A stretch of DNA of 64,000 nt, taken from the NCBI GenBank assembly GCA_965140415.1, contig OZ223209.1:2464001-2528000 (forward strand). The letters are read 5' to 3'. Positions 28,298 through 36,430 of this stretch are shown here, piece by piece. Source of the stretch: Myxococcota bacterium (GTDB taxonomy: Bacteria; Myxococcota_A; SURF-8). The stretch's first letter is position 1, and every line of letters starts with the position of its first letter. The notes under the pieces are model-generated. The model saw only the letters and a list, made by a program, of their open reading frames with translations. It did no database searches and was not told where the DNA came from. Both the position numbers and the translations under genes were made by a program.

Positions 28298-30814
28298 TTA
28301 GTAACGCTCGTGACTGATGCGGGCGATGACTTCGTCCTGCAATTCTTTTCCGACGCTGGTGAAATAGGCATTATAACCGGTGATGCGCACCAGCAAGTGC
28401 CGGTAATCCTGTGGGTGTTTCTGCGCGTCGCGCAGCATATCGGGATCGAGCATGTTGATTTGCAGCGCAGTCCCGCCATTTTCGGTGTAGCCGCGTAAAA
28501 ACGCTTTGAACTTTTCTCGATGTTCGCCATCTTTTAGCAGCGAAGGATTGAAAGTGATGGTGTGACTGGCTCCGTTTGGCAGGTTGTTGTTATAGCCGTC
28601 CCAATCGCCTTGACCACTTTCGTCTTTTCCTCCCAGAACCTTGCCGACCGAGTTCGCGTTGCTGGTCGGGCCGTTGATATCCGCGCCGTTACTGGGGCAG
28701 ATGGCGTTGGAAAGGAATTGTCCCTTGGGACGTCCATTGGGGCTGGCGGTCATCACAAAGCCGTCTCCGGCCCAATAATTCCAACTGAGCATGCCCGGAC
28801 GGAACTGTCGGTCGGTCGATTTGGTTCGCTGCCGCCAGGTGTGATCGCACCACAAATCCATAACTCGGCGGCCAAGTTCGTCCGCGTGGTCGTCGTCACG
28901 TCCGTATTTCGGCGCTTTGTTCAAAGCTTTGGCCTGTAGTACCTCATGCCCCACCCAGTTGTCTTTTAGTGCAGCAATGAGTTCTTTCATGGTGCAGGCG
29001 CGCTTCTCGTACACCAAGTATTCGATGGCAAGCAGCGAATCGACGGTCGTTGCAAACGTGACTGCTTCCAGCGTGGTAAAGCTGATTTTCGCGCCTCCCT
29101 GGGTGATGTCTTTGCCGGATTCGGCGCAGCCTTGCACCATGCAGGAGAGATAGGGCGTCGGGAAGAATTTGGCGCGGACGGATTCGGAAGCCTCGTACAC
29201 TTCCGCGCATTTTTCGATGATGTAATGGGTCTGTTTTTCGTAAGCGCGCCAGAACTGCTCGAAATTCACAAAGGAACTCGGATCGCCGGTAATTGGACCA
29301 TCCTGGGTGATCGGCGAGACGGCTTTGGTGATCGGATCAACGAAGGGCAGCAGATCCTTGCCGTTTCCCAGCGTCAATTCAACCGCTTTTAACAGGTTCA
29401 GGTTGTTGTCTACCGTGCCGGAGCGGTCGTTTCCAACCATCGTGTTTTCCAGGCAGCCTACTGGGGCGTAGTCGTGAACGTTTTCCGGTGTAATGTCATT
29501 CTTATATGCGCTGGATTTGGCCTCGCGCATCATGCCTGCCATGGAGCGCTCGTCGAAATTCAACAGAAACGGCGCACCCTGGCTGGAGGCGATCATGTCG
29601 GTGACTTTTTCCAGCAAGTCATCCGGCGAGTTGCGGTGCAGGCGGACATTGGGTTTCGGTTCGAGTATCGGTGTCATCTCGTCGATGACTTCCAATATGG
29701 CGTAGGTCAACTCGTTCGTTAAATCCTGCCCGTTTGCGCCAATGCCGGAAAGCGTGAGAAGCTGTCCGAAGCCTGCCGTAATGCCTTGATTTCCATTGCG
29801 AATCTGAGCGTCGTATGCGGTGTTGCAATGCACCCAGAAGCATTTCATGATTTCCTTGCCGAATTCGCGGTCCATCCCGGCCTCGATGGAGCGCTGCCAA
29901 TAAGGCAGCAGATACTGATCGAGACGCCCGAAAGATACCCCCGGTCCGGGATAATTCTCGTCGCTCATCACCAGCATGTGATTGATCCACAGGGCCTGTA
30001 GCGCCTCCCAGAACGTTTGCGGAGGTTCCCAGGGAACGCGCTTGAGGTTATCCGCCATCTGCACTAATTCGGCTTTGCGTGTTTTGTCTGTTTCTTTTCC
30101 TGCCAGAATATGGCAGCGTTCCGCATATTTCCCGGCCAAGTCGCGGGGCATGGTGGCCGCGGTCATCATGGCGCGTAGCTGAGCGCCCTGCGATCCTTTC
30201 TGATCGGATTCGGAAAGCGCTTCGTAGCGGGTCTGCAATTCTTCGTAAACGCCTTTCCAGCCGATTTTCAGCAGCTTTTCGTGACCTGGAATCAGGTGGC
30301 CGCTGGTTGCGCCACTGTTGCCGTAGCCATGATCGTGAAACCATTTGACTTTGGAGCGTGCCCCGCCGGGTTGCATCGCCAAACGGCGGTAGTCGGCGGC
30401 TTCCTGTTTGTTCAGGCACATCGACGTTTGGATGTTGAAACGGGCTCCGGCGATCAGATCCTTCGGTAATATTTCCTGTGGTACATAGTTGACCATGACT
30501 TCCTTGACGAACCAGGCTCGTCGTTCGACCAGCGGCAATGACCAGAAGTCATGCGACAGTTTGACCGGGCGTGCCGCCTGGCGGTAGGAACCGTTTAACG
30601 TGTCGATCAGCGGATAGACTTCCGGGACGATATAAAAGGTCATTTCCTGAAAGACCACATCCCAGTCCGTACCGGTGCCCCAGGAGGTGAACTCGTTGTT
30701 CCAGGCGCGTTGCGCACCTTGGAAGTAATAGTCCCGAAGCCATTGAATGCGCTGGGACAAGGCCTTGGGTTCTTTTAACTGAGGTCGCGTAGAGGGTGTG
30801 GTTGCAACGCTCAT
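28298..30814 (-). CDS. Glycyl radical enzyme (PFL superfamily, not PFL itself), substrate unknown
   Basis: SFGRLDQYL, thiyl loop APVGCLE (Cys codon 29453-29455), PKYGRDD, glycyl loop LLVRITGYNAYF (Gly codon 28376-28378). Confidence 0.95.
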   Translation of the reverse strand: MSVATTPSTRPQLKEPKALSQRIQWLRDYYFQGAQRAWNNEFTSWGTGTDWDVVFQEMTFYIVPEVYPLIDTLNGSYRQAARPVKLSHDFWSLPLVERRAWFVKEVMVNYVPQEILPKDLIAGARFNIQTSMCLNKQEAADYRRLAMQPGGARSKVKWFHDHGYGNSGATSGHLIPGHEKLLKIGWKGVYEELQTRYEALSESDQKGSQGAQLRAMMTAATMPRDLAGKYAERCHILAGKETDKTRKAELVQMADNLKRVPWEPPQTFWEALQALWINHMLVMSDENYPGPGVSFGRLDQYLLPYWQRSIEAGMDREFGKEIMKCFWVHCNTAYDAQIRNGNQGITAGFGQLLTLSGIGANGQDLTNELTYAILEVIDEMTPILEPKPNVRLHRNSPDDLLEKVTDMIASSQGAPFLLNFDERSMAGMMREAKSSAYKNDITPENVHDYAPVGCLENTMVGNDRSGTVDNNLNLLKAVELTLGNGKDLLPFVDPITKAVSPITQDGPITGDPSSFVNFEQFWRAYEKQTHYIIEKCAEVYEASESVRAKFFPTPYLSCMVQGCAESGKDITQGGAKISFTTLEAVTFATTVDSLLAIEYLVYEKRACTMKELIAALKDNWVGHEVLQAKALNKAPKYGRDDDHADELGRRVMDLWCDHTWRQRTKSTDRQFRPGMLSWNYWAGDGFVMTASPNGRPKGQFLSNAICPSNGADINGPTSNANSVGKVLGGKDESGQGDWDGYNNNLPNGASHTITFNPSLLKDGEHREKFKAFLRGYTENGGTALQINMLDPDMLRDAQKHPQDYRHLLVRITGYNAYFTSVGKELQDEVIARISHERY

Positions 30815-31560
30815 GATTCACTCCTTGATGGTTGGTTGGACCGGATCGCAAGATTCAAATGCCGTTCGCCGTGATCGAGCAGACGCGTCATGACGGCGGT
30901 GGCTTTTGCCGCATCGCCCGCTTCGACGGCAAGCAGCAATTCATTATGAAACGATAAGACTTCGTCAATGCGAAGGCTGGGGCTTTGGTAAAACACTTCG
31001 GTGAGATTCAAGGTCAATGCTTTGAATGAATTCAATAAGAGCGGATAGATGGCGTTGTTACTTGCCATGGCGAGTTGATGGTGAAACGAGAAATCAAGCT
31101 CGCATCGCTTTGTCAATTCATCCGTGCTTAATGCCTCTTCCTGCTTCAAGATGCTTTGAAGGGTTTCAAGTTGCTCTTTGGAGCGCTCTAAGCAAGCCAG
31201 CCGGGCGGTTTCCATTTCGATCAGTTTGCGCATGGCCAGAGTGCTTTGAAGCAGGTGAGGTTCCATTGCCGGGCTGCGATAGTTGATCAGCGATTCCAGT
31301 AGCGCCAATGAGCCGCTCTGGCGATAATCGGCAACGACCGCGCCGTGTCTGGGTCGAATGATGACAAGCCCCTTGTACGCAAGATCCACCAGACCTTCAT
31401 GAACGACGGGCCGACTGACTCCGAGTTGGAACGCCAATTCACGCTCGGAAGGCAGGCGCTCGCCAATCGCCAGTTCGCCGGAAAGGATCAGGCTTTCCAA
31501 TTGAGAGATAAACGTTTCTTTGAGATTATCGCTTTTAATTGGTGCAAGTTGTGGTTTCAC
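30811..31560 (-). CDS. GntR/FadR-subfamily transcriptional regulator
   Basis: GERLPSERELAFQLGVSRPVV HTH plus FCD domain (LDFSFHHQLAMASNN); probable GTG start at 31560 with GGGAG RBS. Confidence 0.93.
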   Translation of the reverse strand: MKPQLAPIKSDNLKETFISQLESLILSGELAIGERLPSERELAFQLGVSRPVVHEGLVDLAYKGLVIIRPRHGAVVADYRQSGSLALLESLINYRSPAMEPHLLQSTLAMRKLIEMETARLACLERSKEQLETLQSILKQEEALSTDELTKRCELDFSFHHQLAMASNNAIYPLLLNSFKALTLNLTEVFYQSPSLRIDEVLSFHNELLLAVEAGDAAKATAVMTRLLDHGERHLNLAIRSNQPSRSES

Positions 31561-31578
31561 GAAAACGCTCCCACGTTC

Positions 31579-31595
31579 TGGTGGTATTACCACCA
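31579..31595. promoter_or_regulatory. FadR-type operator palindrome
   Basis: TGGTGGTA-T-TACCACCA perfect 8-1-8 palindrome just downstream of the -10 element. Confidence 0.75.
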
Positions 31596-31598
31596 CAA

Positions 31599-31628
31599 AA
31601 TATAAAACCTTCCGCTACTGATTGTCAA
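31599..31628 (-). promoter_or_regulatory. Sigma70-type promoter of the gntR-GRE operon
   Basis: TTGACA-N18-TATATT on the minus strand. Confidence 0.65.
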
Positions 31629-31974
31629 GTGTAAAAGGAAGTATTGGAATAAACTTTCCAGATCGGGAATTCGAGCCGATTTGCAGGTCTTTTCGACTTT
31701 CCGACCGGTTAAAATTTAAATCGGGCAATCAATGTCAACTGACCGGTGCGCATTTTAAAAAGTGCCGCCAGTTCGTGTAAAGTCGGGGTGTCACAAGTTG
31801 GCAATTCCAGAAGCTATTACACTAAGTGGCACAAAGAGCACCAAAACCACACTAAATGACCGGAGATGAGCAGTAGGATCTTGGCTTGATGCATATGAAA
31901 TGATCCACAGTTGGCCGGTTTGCGCATTTGCTCGACAATCGAGCCGATTCCGACGTTTTTTACTGTGTGTCACC

Positions 31975-32030
31975 GGTTGGATGTGGATGGTTGTGGAATA
32001 ATGTGTGTAGATGTGGTTGGATGTGGATCG
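31975..32030. repeat. Five 10-bp-phased WTGTGK repeats
   Basis: atgtggatgg/ttgtggaata/atgtgtgtag/atgtggttgg/atgtggatcg starting at 31981; exact 14-mer GGTTGGATGTGGAT at 31975 and 32015. Confidence 0.7.
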
Positions 32031-32201
32031 GCGAAGGCCTGCGTTGGTGCATAGGCTCCTGCCATGCTCCATCGGAAGCATTTACGAGAATACGGAACAG
32101 CTACAAAATGCAGGATAAACGGTTGACTTCCACAACCAGGCTGACTAGTCTTCCGGCAGACAGAAATTCAATGTGAATGCGGTTACAGGAAAGGCGTTAT
32201 C

Positions 32202-33083
32202 ATGGATCGAGAGTGGGAGAAGGTTCGCAGTTTTCATAAGGTGTTCGGTCATCCAATCGGTAAAAAACCTCAAATGCTGTCACCGGATCGCATCGGTCCG
32301 CGTTGCGACTGGATGCGCGAGGAAATCGAAGAATTCATCGAGGCCGAAGATATACCGCATCAGGCCGATGCCATGATCGATCTGATCTATTTTGCGCTGG
32401 GAACTTTGGTGGAAATGGGAGTCAAGCCGGATTCGCTTTTCGATATCGTCCAGGGCGCGAACATGAAAAAAATTTGGGCGGATGGGCGAGTGAAGCACCG
32501 CGAAGATGGCAAAGTCATCAAGCCGCCGGAATGGGTGGACCCGCATGAACAACTGGTCGCGGAAATAAAGCGCAAAGTCACCCGCGCGGCCAATCGAAGT
32601 TTCACGCAGCACGACTATCGTATGGTTGTGGCAAAGCCGGGAAAGACTCTTGCTGCTGTAATGGAAAGCCTACTACTTGCCACGAACGTTGACGACGATA
32701 ACGCGACTGAAATCGTGAATCGCATATCTGAAATGCAAATTGATCCGGGTTCCGTTCAAACGTTATTTAAAACGAATGCCATTCCATATACTGTCCAAAA
32801 AATGACTGTGAACGAGCTTGGACAATCCGATTTGGAAGCCCAACTAAAATCCGGTTTGGAGCAGGGAGAACACTTTCTGTTGATCGTCGATGGCGTGGCC
32901 TGTTTCGGACATGCGGAATCCGAGCGCAAGCATGCATGCCTGATTGAAGGTGTGGAACCGCAAGGCGTGGTTTATTTGTTAGATCCGGGACCGGGAGAAT
33001 TCGGTCTGCTTGAAATGGAATGCAGCCTTCTCTTCAATAAGTTGAAAGAAGAGAAGGCGGAATTGTGGCGCGTGTTTCAGTAA
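32202..33083 (+). CDS. MazG/PRA-PH-like all-alpha NTP pyrophosphatase fused to a papain/C39-like domain
   Basis: REEIEEF...ADAMIDLIYFALG...ANMKK...REDGKVIKP N-domain; C-domain with HACLIEG...VYLLDP. Confidence 0.75.
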   Translation: MDREWEKVRSFHKVFGHPIGKKPQMLSPDRIGPRCDWMREEIEEFIEAEDIPHQADAMIDLIYFALGTLVEMGVKPDSLFDIVQGANMKKIWADGRVKHREDGKVIKPPEWVDPHEQLVAEIKRKVTRAANRSFTQHDYRMVVAKPGKTLAAVMESLLLATNVDDDNATEIVNRISEMQIDPGSVQTLFKTNAIPYTVQKMTVNELGQSDLEAQLKSGLEQGEHFLLIVDGVACFGHAESERKHACLIEGVEPQGVVYLLDPGPGEFGLLEMECSLLFNKLKEEKAELWRVFQ

Positions 33084-33096
33084 CTCGTAGTCCTGA

Positions 33097-35055
33097 TTAC
33101 TTTTCGTCGCCAATCGGCATAACCGGCAATTCAATTGAACTGGGGCGGTTGCTATCGCGATAGAGCGTCCAGTTCGGTTCGACTTCCGGCACCAGTTCGA
33201 AATGATCTCGATCCGCTCCTGCCAAAGCGATACGGATCTGGTGACCTTTCTGGAACCGATAGGAAACCGGGTACAGATCGAATACGATTTCTTCTTCCTG
33301 CCCAGGAATCATGGGGGAGGCATCGGCGCGTTTGAATGTGCGATAGGGAATCGGTGTTTTATAGGGCGGCGGCTCGCTGGACAGTTTCCGGCTGCGCAAC
33401 CTCAACAAGCCTTCGGAGACGTATTCGACGTGGCCATTGGGAAGAACGTCTTCGAGATAGGCGAAGACGGCACCGTCGGTTTGATCGATGGCCATATACA
33501 GGCGGATAACCGGATGACCGGTGACTTCCATAGGTTCGCTTAATGGGGCGCTGTCATAGGTCAACAGTTTGTGATCCTTGATGCGGCGGTGACGATACTG
33601 GATGCGTTTGTGATCCAGGTTGACAAGCGATACCCAGCGAGAGCGCTTTCCCGTACCGGTTTTGAATGAAACCTTGTATGCATCGGAGGCTTGTTCGGCC
33701 TGCGGCTGTTCGTTCTGGAGCGAATTGTTCTCCGAAAGGTAAAAGCGCACCGGGTGAGTTCCCGATGGCGGCCAGGTATCACTGGATTTCCAGCGCTCCT
33801 CGCCCAGGGTGTAATAGTGAACCGGTTTTTCATTGTTAATGCCGGTATCGATTCCCTTAAGATAATAACCGAAGAAGCGCCGGGATTCGCTGGTCGTATC
33901 GAATTTCGGTTTTCGTTCCATCGACCAGGCGCTGATATGATTGTAGGCACCGTGATCCCAGGGACCGATGGTCAGCTTTTTGTTCGGGTGATTCAGATTC
34001 ATGAACAGGTGGATTTCAGATAGCAAAAAGGCGGAATCATACCAACCGGTGTAGAGATAAGGAACGACACCGGCCTTATTGATTCCCTGATAGTGCGTGT
34101 GGGGGCTGCGAGAGCCGACGTACAATCCCTTTCGGCTGGCGGATTCATCGTCGCGAAACTCGATGCCGGAGACCATGTCTCGGATCGTGCCGTTGCCTTC
34201 ATGTTCCTTGACCGCCTGGCGTAACAGGGTCATGTCTTTATCGGCATCGACCGGTTTGCTGCCATACACCGCCATTTTAGCTTTGTCGCCAACGAACTCC
34301 CAGGGCTGGTTGCTGTCTAAAGCTTCGGACAGATCGCTCCAGGTGTTCAATAACCAGGTGCATTTCAATCCACCGGGGAAAATTACTTCCGAATAGGTGT
34401 CGAACATTGCGAAGCGTGGCATGATGGCTTTCAACGCCGGATTGCCGACGGATGCCAGCATCAAGGCGTTGCCGCCCGTATAGGAACTGCCCCATGCTCC
34501 AACCTGCCCGTTAGACCAGGATTGCTTGGTAATCCAGGTTACGATCTCGTTGGCGTCGGCGACTTCTTCTTCGGAATACGGATAGGCGCGCGTGCCGAAA
34601 CTGGCTCCGCTGCCACGGGCGTCTACATACACCCAGGCGTAACCGTGGCGGTTAAAATGCTCGATCGTGGTTTTAAAGCGATTGCCCAGAACCCGGTCGA
34701 AGGGCTTTTTGTAATCCATCGTGCGGACGTAGCGAGTCTGGATGAAGATCGTTGGCAGCTTATCCTTTTGTGTAAGTCCCTTTGGAAGATACAGATCGAT
34801 AGCCAATCGGGTTCCATCGCGCATCGTGAGGTAGCGTGAAGTACGAACGCTGCCATCAAAGGCGGGTGTTTCGTTGTACCAGGATAATTCCTGCTTGGGC
34901 GTTTCCCGCCACCAGGCCGTATCGTCACGTTCATTCAGATGAGTGATACAGCCAAAAGCAAGTAGAAGAATCACGGTGGTGATGATGACACGGGAGGGAA
35001 TGTACGTTAAAAGAGTCTGCGTCATAAGTTTTTTTCCGCCTGTTTGTCGTTTCAT
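33097..35055 (-). CDS. CocE/NonD-family serine hydrolase, probably exported or lipoprotein
   Basis: MRDGTRLAIDLYLP, TRY, DARGSGASFG, WSNGQVGAWGSSY, IGPWDH; N-terminal hydrophobic segment ending AFG-C. Confidence 0.92.
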   Translation of the reverse strand: MKRQTGGKKLMTQTLLTYIPSRVIITTVILLLAFGCITHLNERDDTAWWRETPKQELSWYNETPAFDGSVRTSRYLTMRDGTRLAIDLYLPKGLTQKDKLPTIFIQTRYVRTMDYKKPFDRVLGNRFKTTIEHFNRHGYAWVYVDARGSGASFGTRAYPYSEEEVADANEIVTWITKQSWSNGQVGAWGSSYTGGNALMLASVGNPALKAIMPRFAMFDTYSEVIFPGGLKCTWLLNTWSDLSEALDSNQPWEFVGDKAKMAVYGSKPVDADKDMTLLRQAVKEHEGNGTIRDMVSGIEFRDDESASRKGLYVGSRSPHTHYQGINKAGVVPYLYTGWYDSAFLLSEIHLFMNLNHPNKKLTIGPWDHGAYNHISAWSMERKPKFDTTSESRRFFGYYLKGIDTGINNEKPVHYYTLGEERWKSSDTWPPSGTHPVRFYLSENNSLQNEQPQAEQASDAYKVSFKTGTGKRSRWVSLVNLDHKRIQYRHRRIKDHKLLTYDSAPLSEPMEVTGHPVIRLYMAIDQTDGAVFAYLEDVLPNGHVEYVSEGLLRLRSRKLSSEPPPYKTPIPYRTFKRADASPMIPGQEEEIVFDLYPVSYRFQKGHQIRIALAGADRDHFELVPEVEPNWTLYRDSNRPSSIELPVMPIGDEK

Positions 35056-35061
35056 CGTTTA

Positions 35062-36363
35062 TTACTCCGCAACCAATGAGACTTTTTCCACTTTATTCAG
35101 ATCCGAAACGTAGAAGTAGGAGCCGACGAAGAACAGGACGCTGCTGACAAGCGCAAAGAGCGGAAGAATGCTCAATGCGGTCGGCAGTCCCCACGCATCG
35201 GAAGCGGCACCTGTGAAAATAGGACCGAGAGAACTACCCAGCAGATGCTGGATGATTACGCACAGGCTGTAACTCATTGCCCGCAATCCGGGATGAACCA
35301 CATCTTGTGTAACGGCGGCGGCGGCGGGAACGAAAGCGACGGCAAAGCATCCGCCTAAGAGCAAGACCGCATATTGGGCCGCGCCTTCAAATTGCGTGAA
35401 AGCCAAAAAGAGCGTGATACCGGCGCACAGGGAAGTCACGGAACTGAGCAGCAGCCGTGCATTGGGCCGTGACTTCTGCCAGCGGTCGGCCAGGTAGCCG
35501 CCCAAGGGTGCGCCGATAATGGCCATGGCCATCACCGCGCCGCCTTTCAAGCCTGCTTTGGACATATCGATGCCGTCCACGCGATGGAAGAAGGTGGGCA
35601 GCCAACTCATCAGCGAGCAGGTGACGAAAGTGTTTCCTGCAAAGCCGAGGAAGGTCAGAAGCAGTGAAGGTGTTTTGATGAAGCGAAGAGCGATATCCTT
35701 GGCCTTCATTTTTACTTGAACGCCGGGTTCGCCTTCGTCGTTTTCAACGGTGGTAACCAGTTCAACGGTTTTGTAATCGCGAACGCGGAAAAACAACAAT
35801 GCGATGATGAATCCTGGTAAGGCGACCAGTCCAAAGGCATAGCGCCAGCCGAAGGTTTCGGCAATCACACCACCGATTACGATTCCCAGCGCGCTTCCCA
35901 ATGGAATCGAAGCATTCCAGAAACCCATGATCGCTGCACGCTTTTCCTGCGGGAACAGGGCGCTGATCATTGCCGTTCCACCGGGAGAGTATCCTGCTTC
36001 GCCGATGCCGATCGCTGTTTTTGCAGCAAACAACTGACCGAAGTTTCTTGTAAAAGCCGCACTTAAGGTGGCCAGACTCCAAAGCAGCGACATAATGCCG
36101 ATGCCTTTACGTCGGCTCCAACGGTCGATCAAGATGGAAACCGGGAAGGTGAAAACCAGAATCGACCAATAGACGGCGGAAACCAGCATGCCACACTGCG
36201 TATCCGTCAATCCCCAATCCGTTTTCAGGAAGGGAAAGAGAGAAACGACTACGTAACGATCTGCATAATCCAGTGTGTAGAGGAGAAACAACAGGGTGAA
36301 GACGTAGTAGGAATATGCCTTACTGGCGGAATAACCGGGACTGGACTGCTGCTCCGGGCTCAT
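35062..36363 (-). CDS. MFS transporter (spinster-like)
   Basis: LDYADR, LIDRWSRR, GIGEA, GYLADRW; about 12 TM segments. Confidence 0.92.
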   Translation of the reverse strand: MSPEQQSSPGYSASKAYSYYVFTLLFLLYTLDYADRYVVVSLFPFLKTDWGLTDTQCGMLVSAVYWSILVFTFPVSILIDRWSRRKGIGIMSLLWSLATLSAAFTRNFGQLFAAKTAIGIGEAGYSPGGTAMISALFPQEKRAAIMGFWNASIPLGSALGIVIGGVIAETFGWRYAFGLVALPGFIIALLFFRVRDYKTVELVTTVENDEGEPGVQVKMKAKDIALRFIKTPSLLLTFLGFAGNTFVTCSLMSWLPTFFHRVDGIDMSKAGLKGGAVMAMAIIGAPLGGYLADRWQKSRPNARLLLSSVTSLCAGITLFLAFTQFEGAAQYAVLLLGGCFAVAFVPAAAAVTQDVVHPGLRAMSYSLCVIIQHLLGSSLGPIFTGAASDAWGLPTALSILPLFALVSSVLFFVGSYFYVSDLNKVEKVSLVAE

Positions 36364-36386
36364 ACTGTTCCCCTTGAGTATAAAAG

Positions 36387-36418
36387 AAAAGCAGCCGCCA
36401 AGGTTGGCGGCTGCTTTT
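36387..36418. terminator. Bidirectional-type intrinsic terminator between the TPP enzyme and MFS genes
   Basis: AAAAGCAGCCGCCAA-GG-TTGGCGGCTGCTTTT perfect inverted repeat. Confidence 0.8.
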
Positions 36419-36430
36419 GAATGTAGAGAC

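Noticed and set aside
28298-30814. Calling the GRE pyruvate formate-lyase (pflB)
   Set aside because: It has a single-Cys GCLE loop rather than the adjacent Cys-Cys of PFL, and the activase carries a ferredoxin insert.
31630-32200. Replication origin or CRISPR array
   Set aside because: No perfect TTATCCACA box and no dnaA/dnaN/gidA context; repeat units are 10 bp with no spacers and no cas genes.
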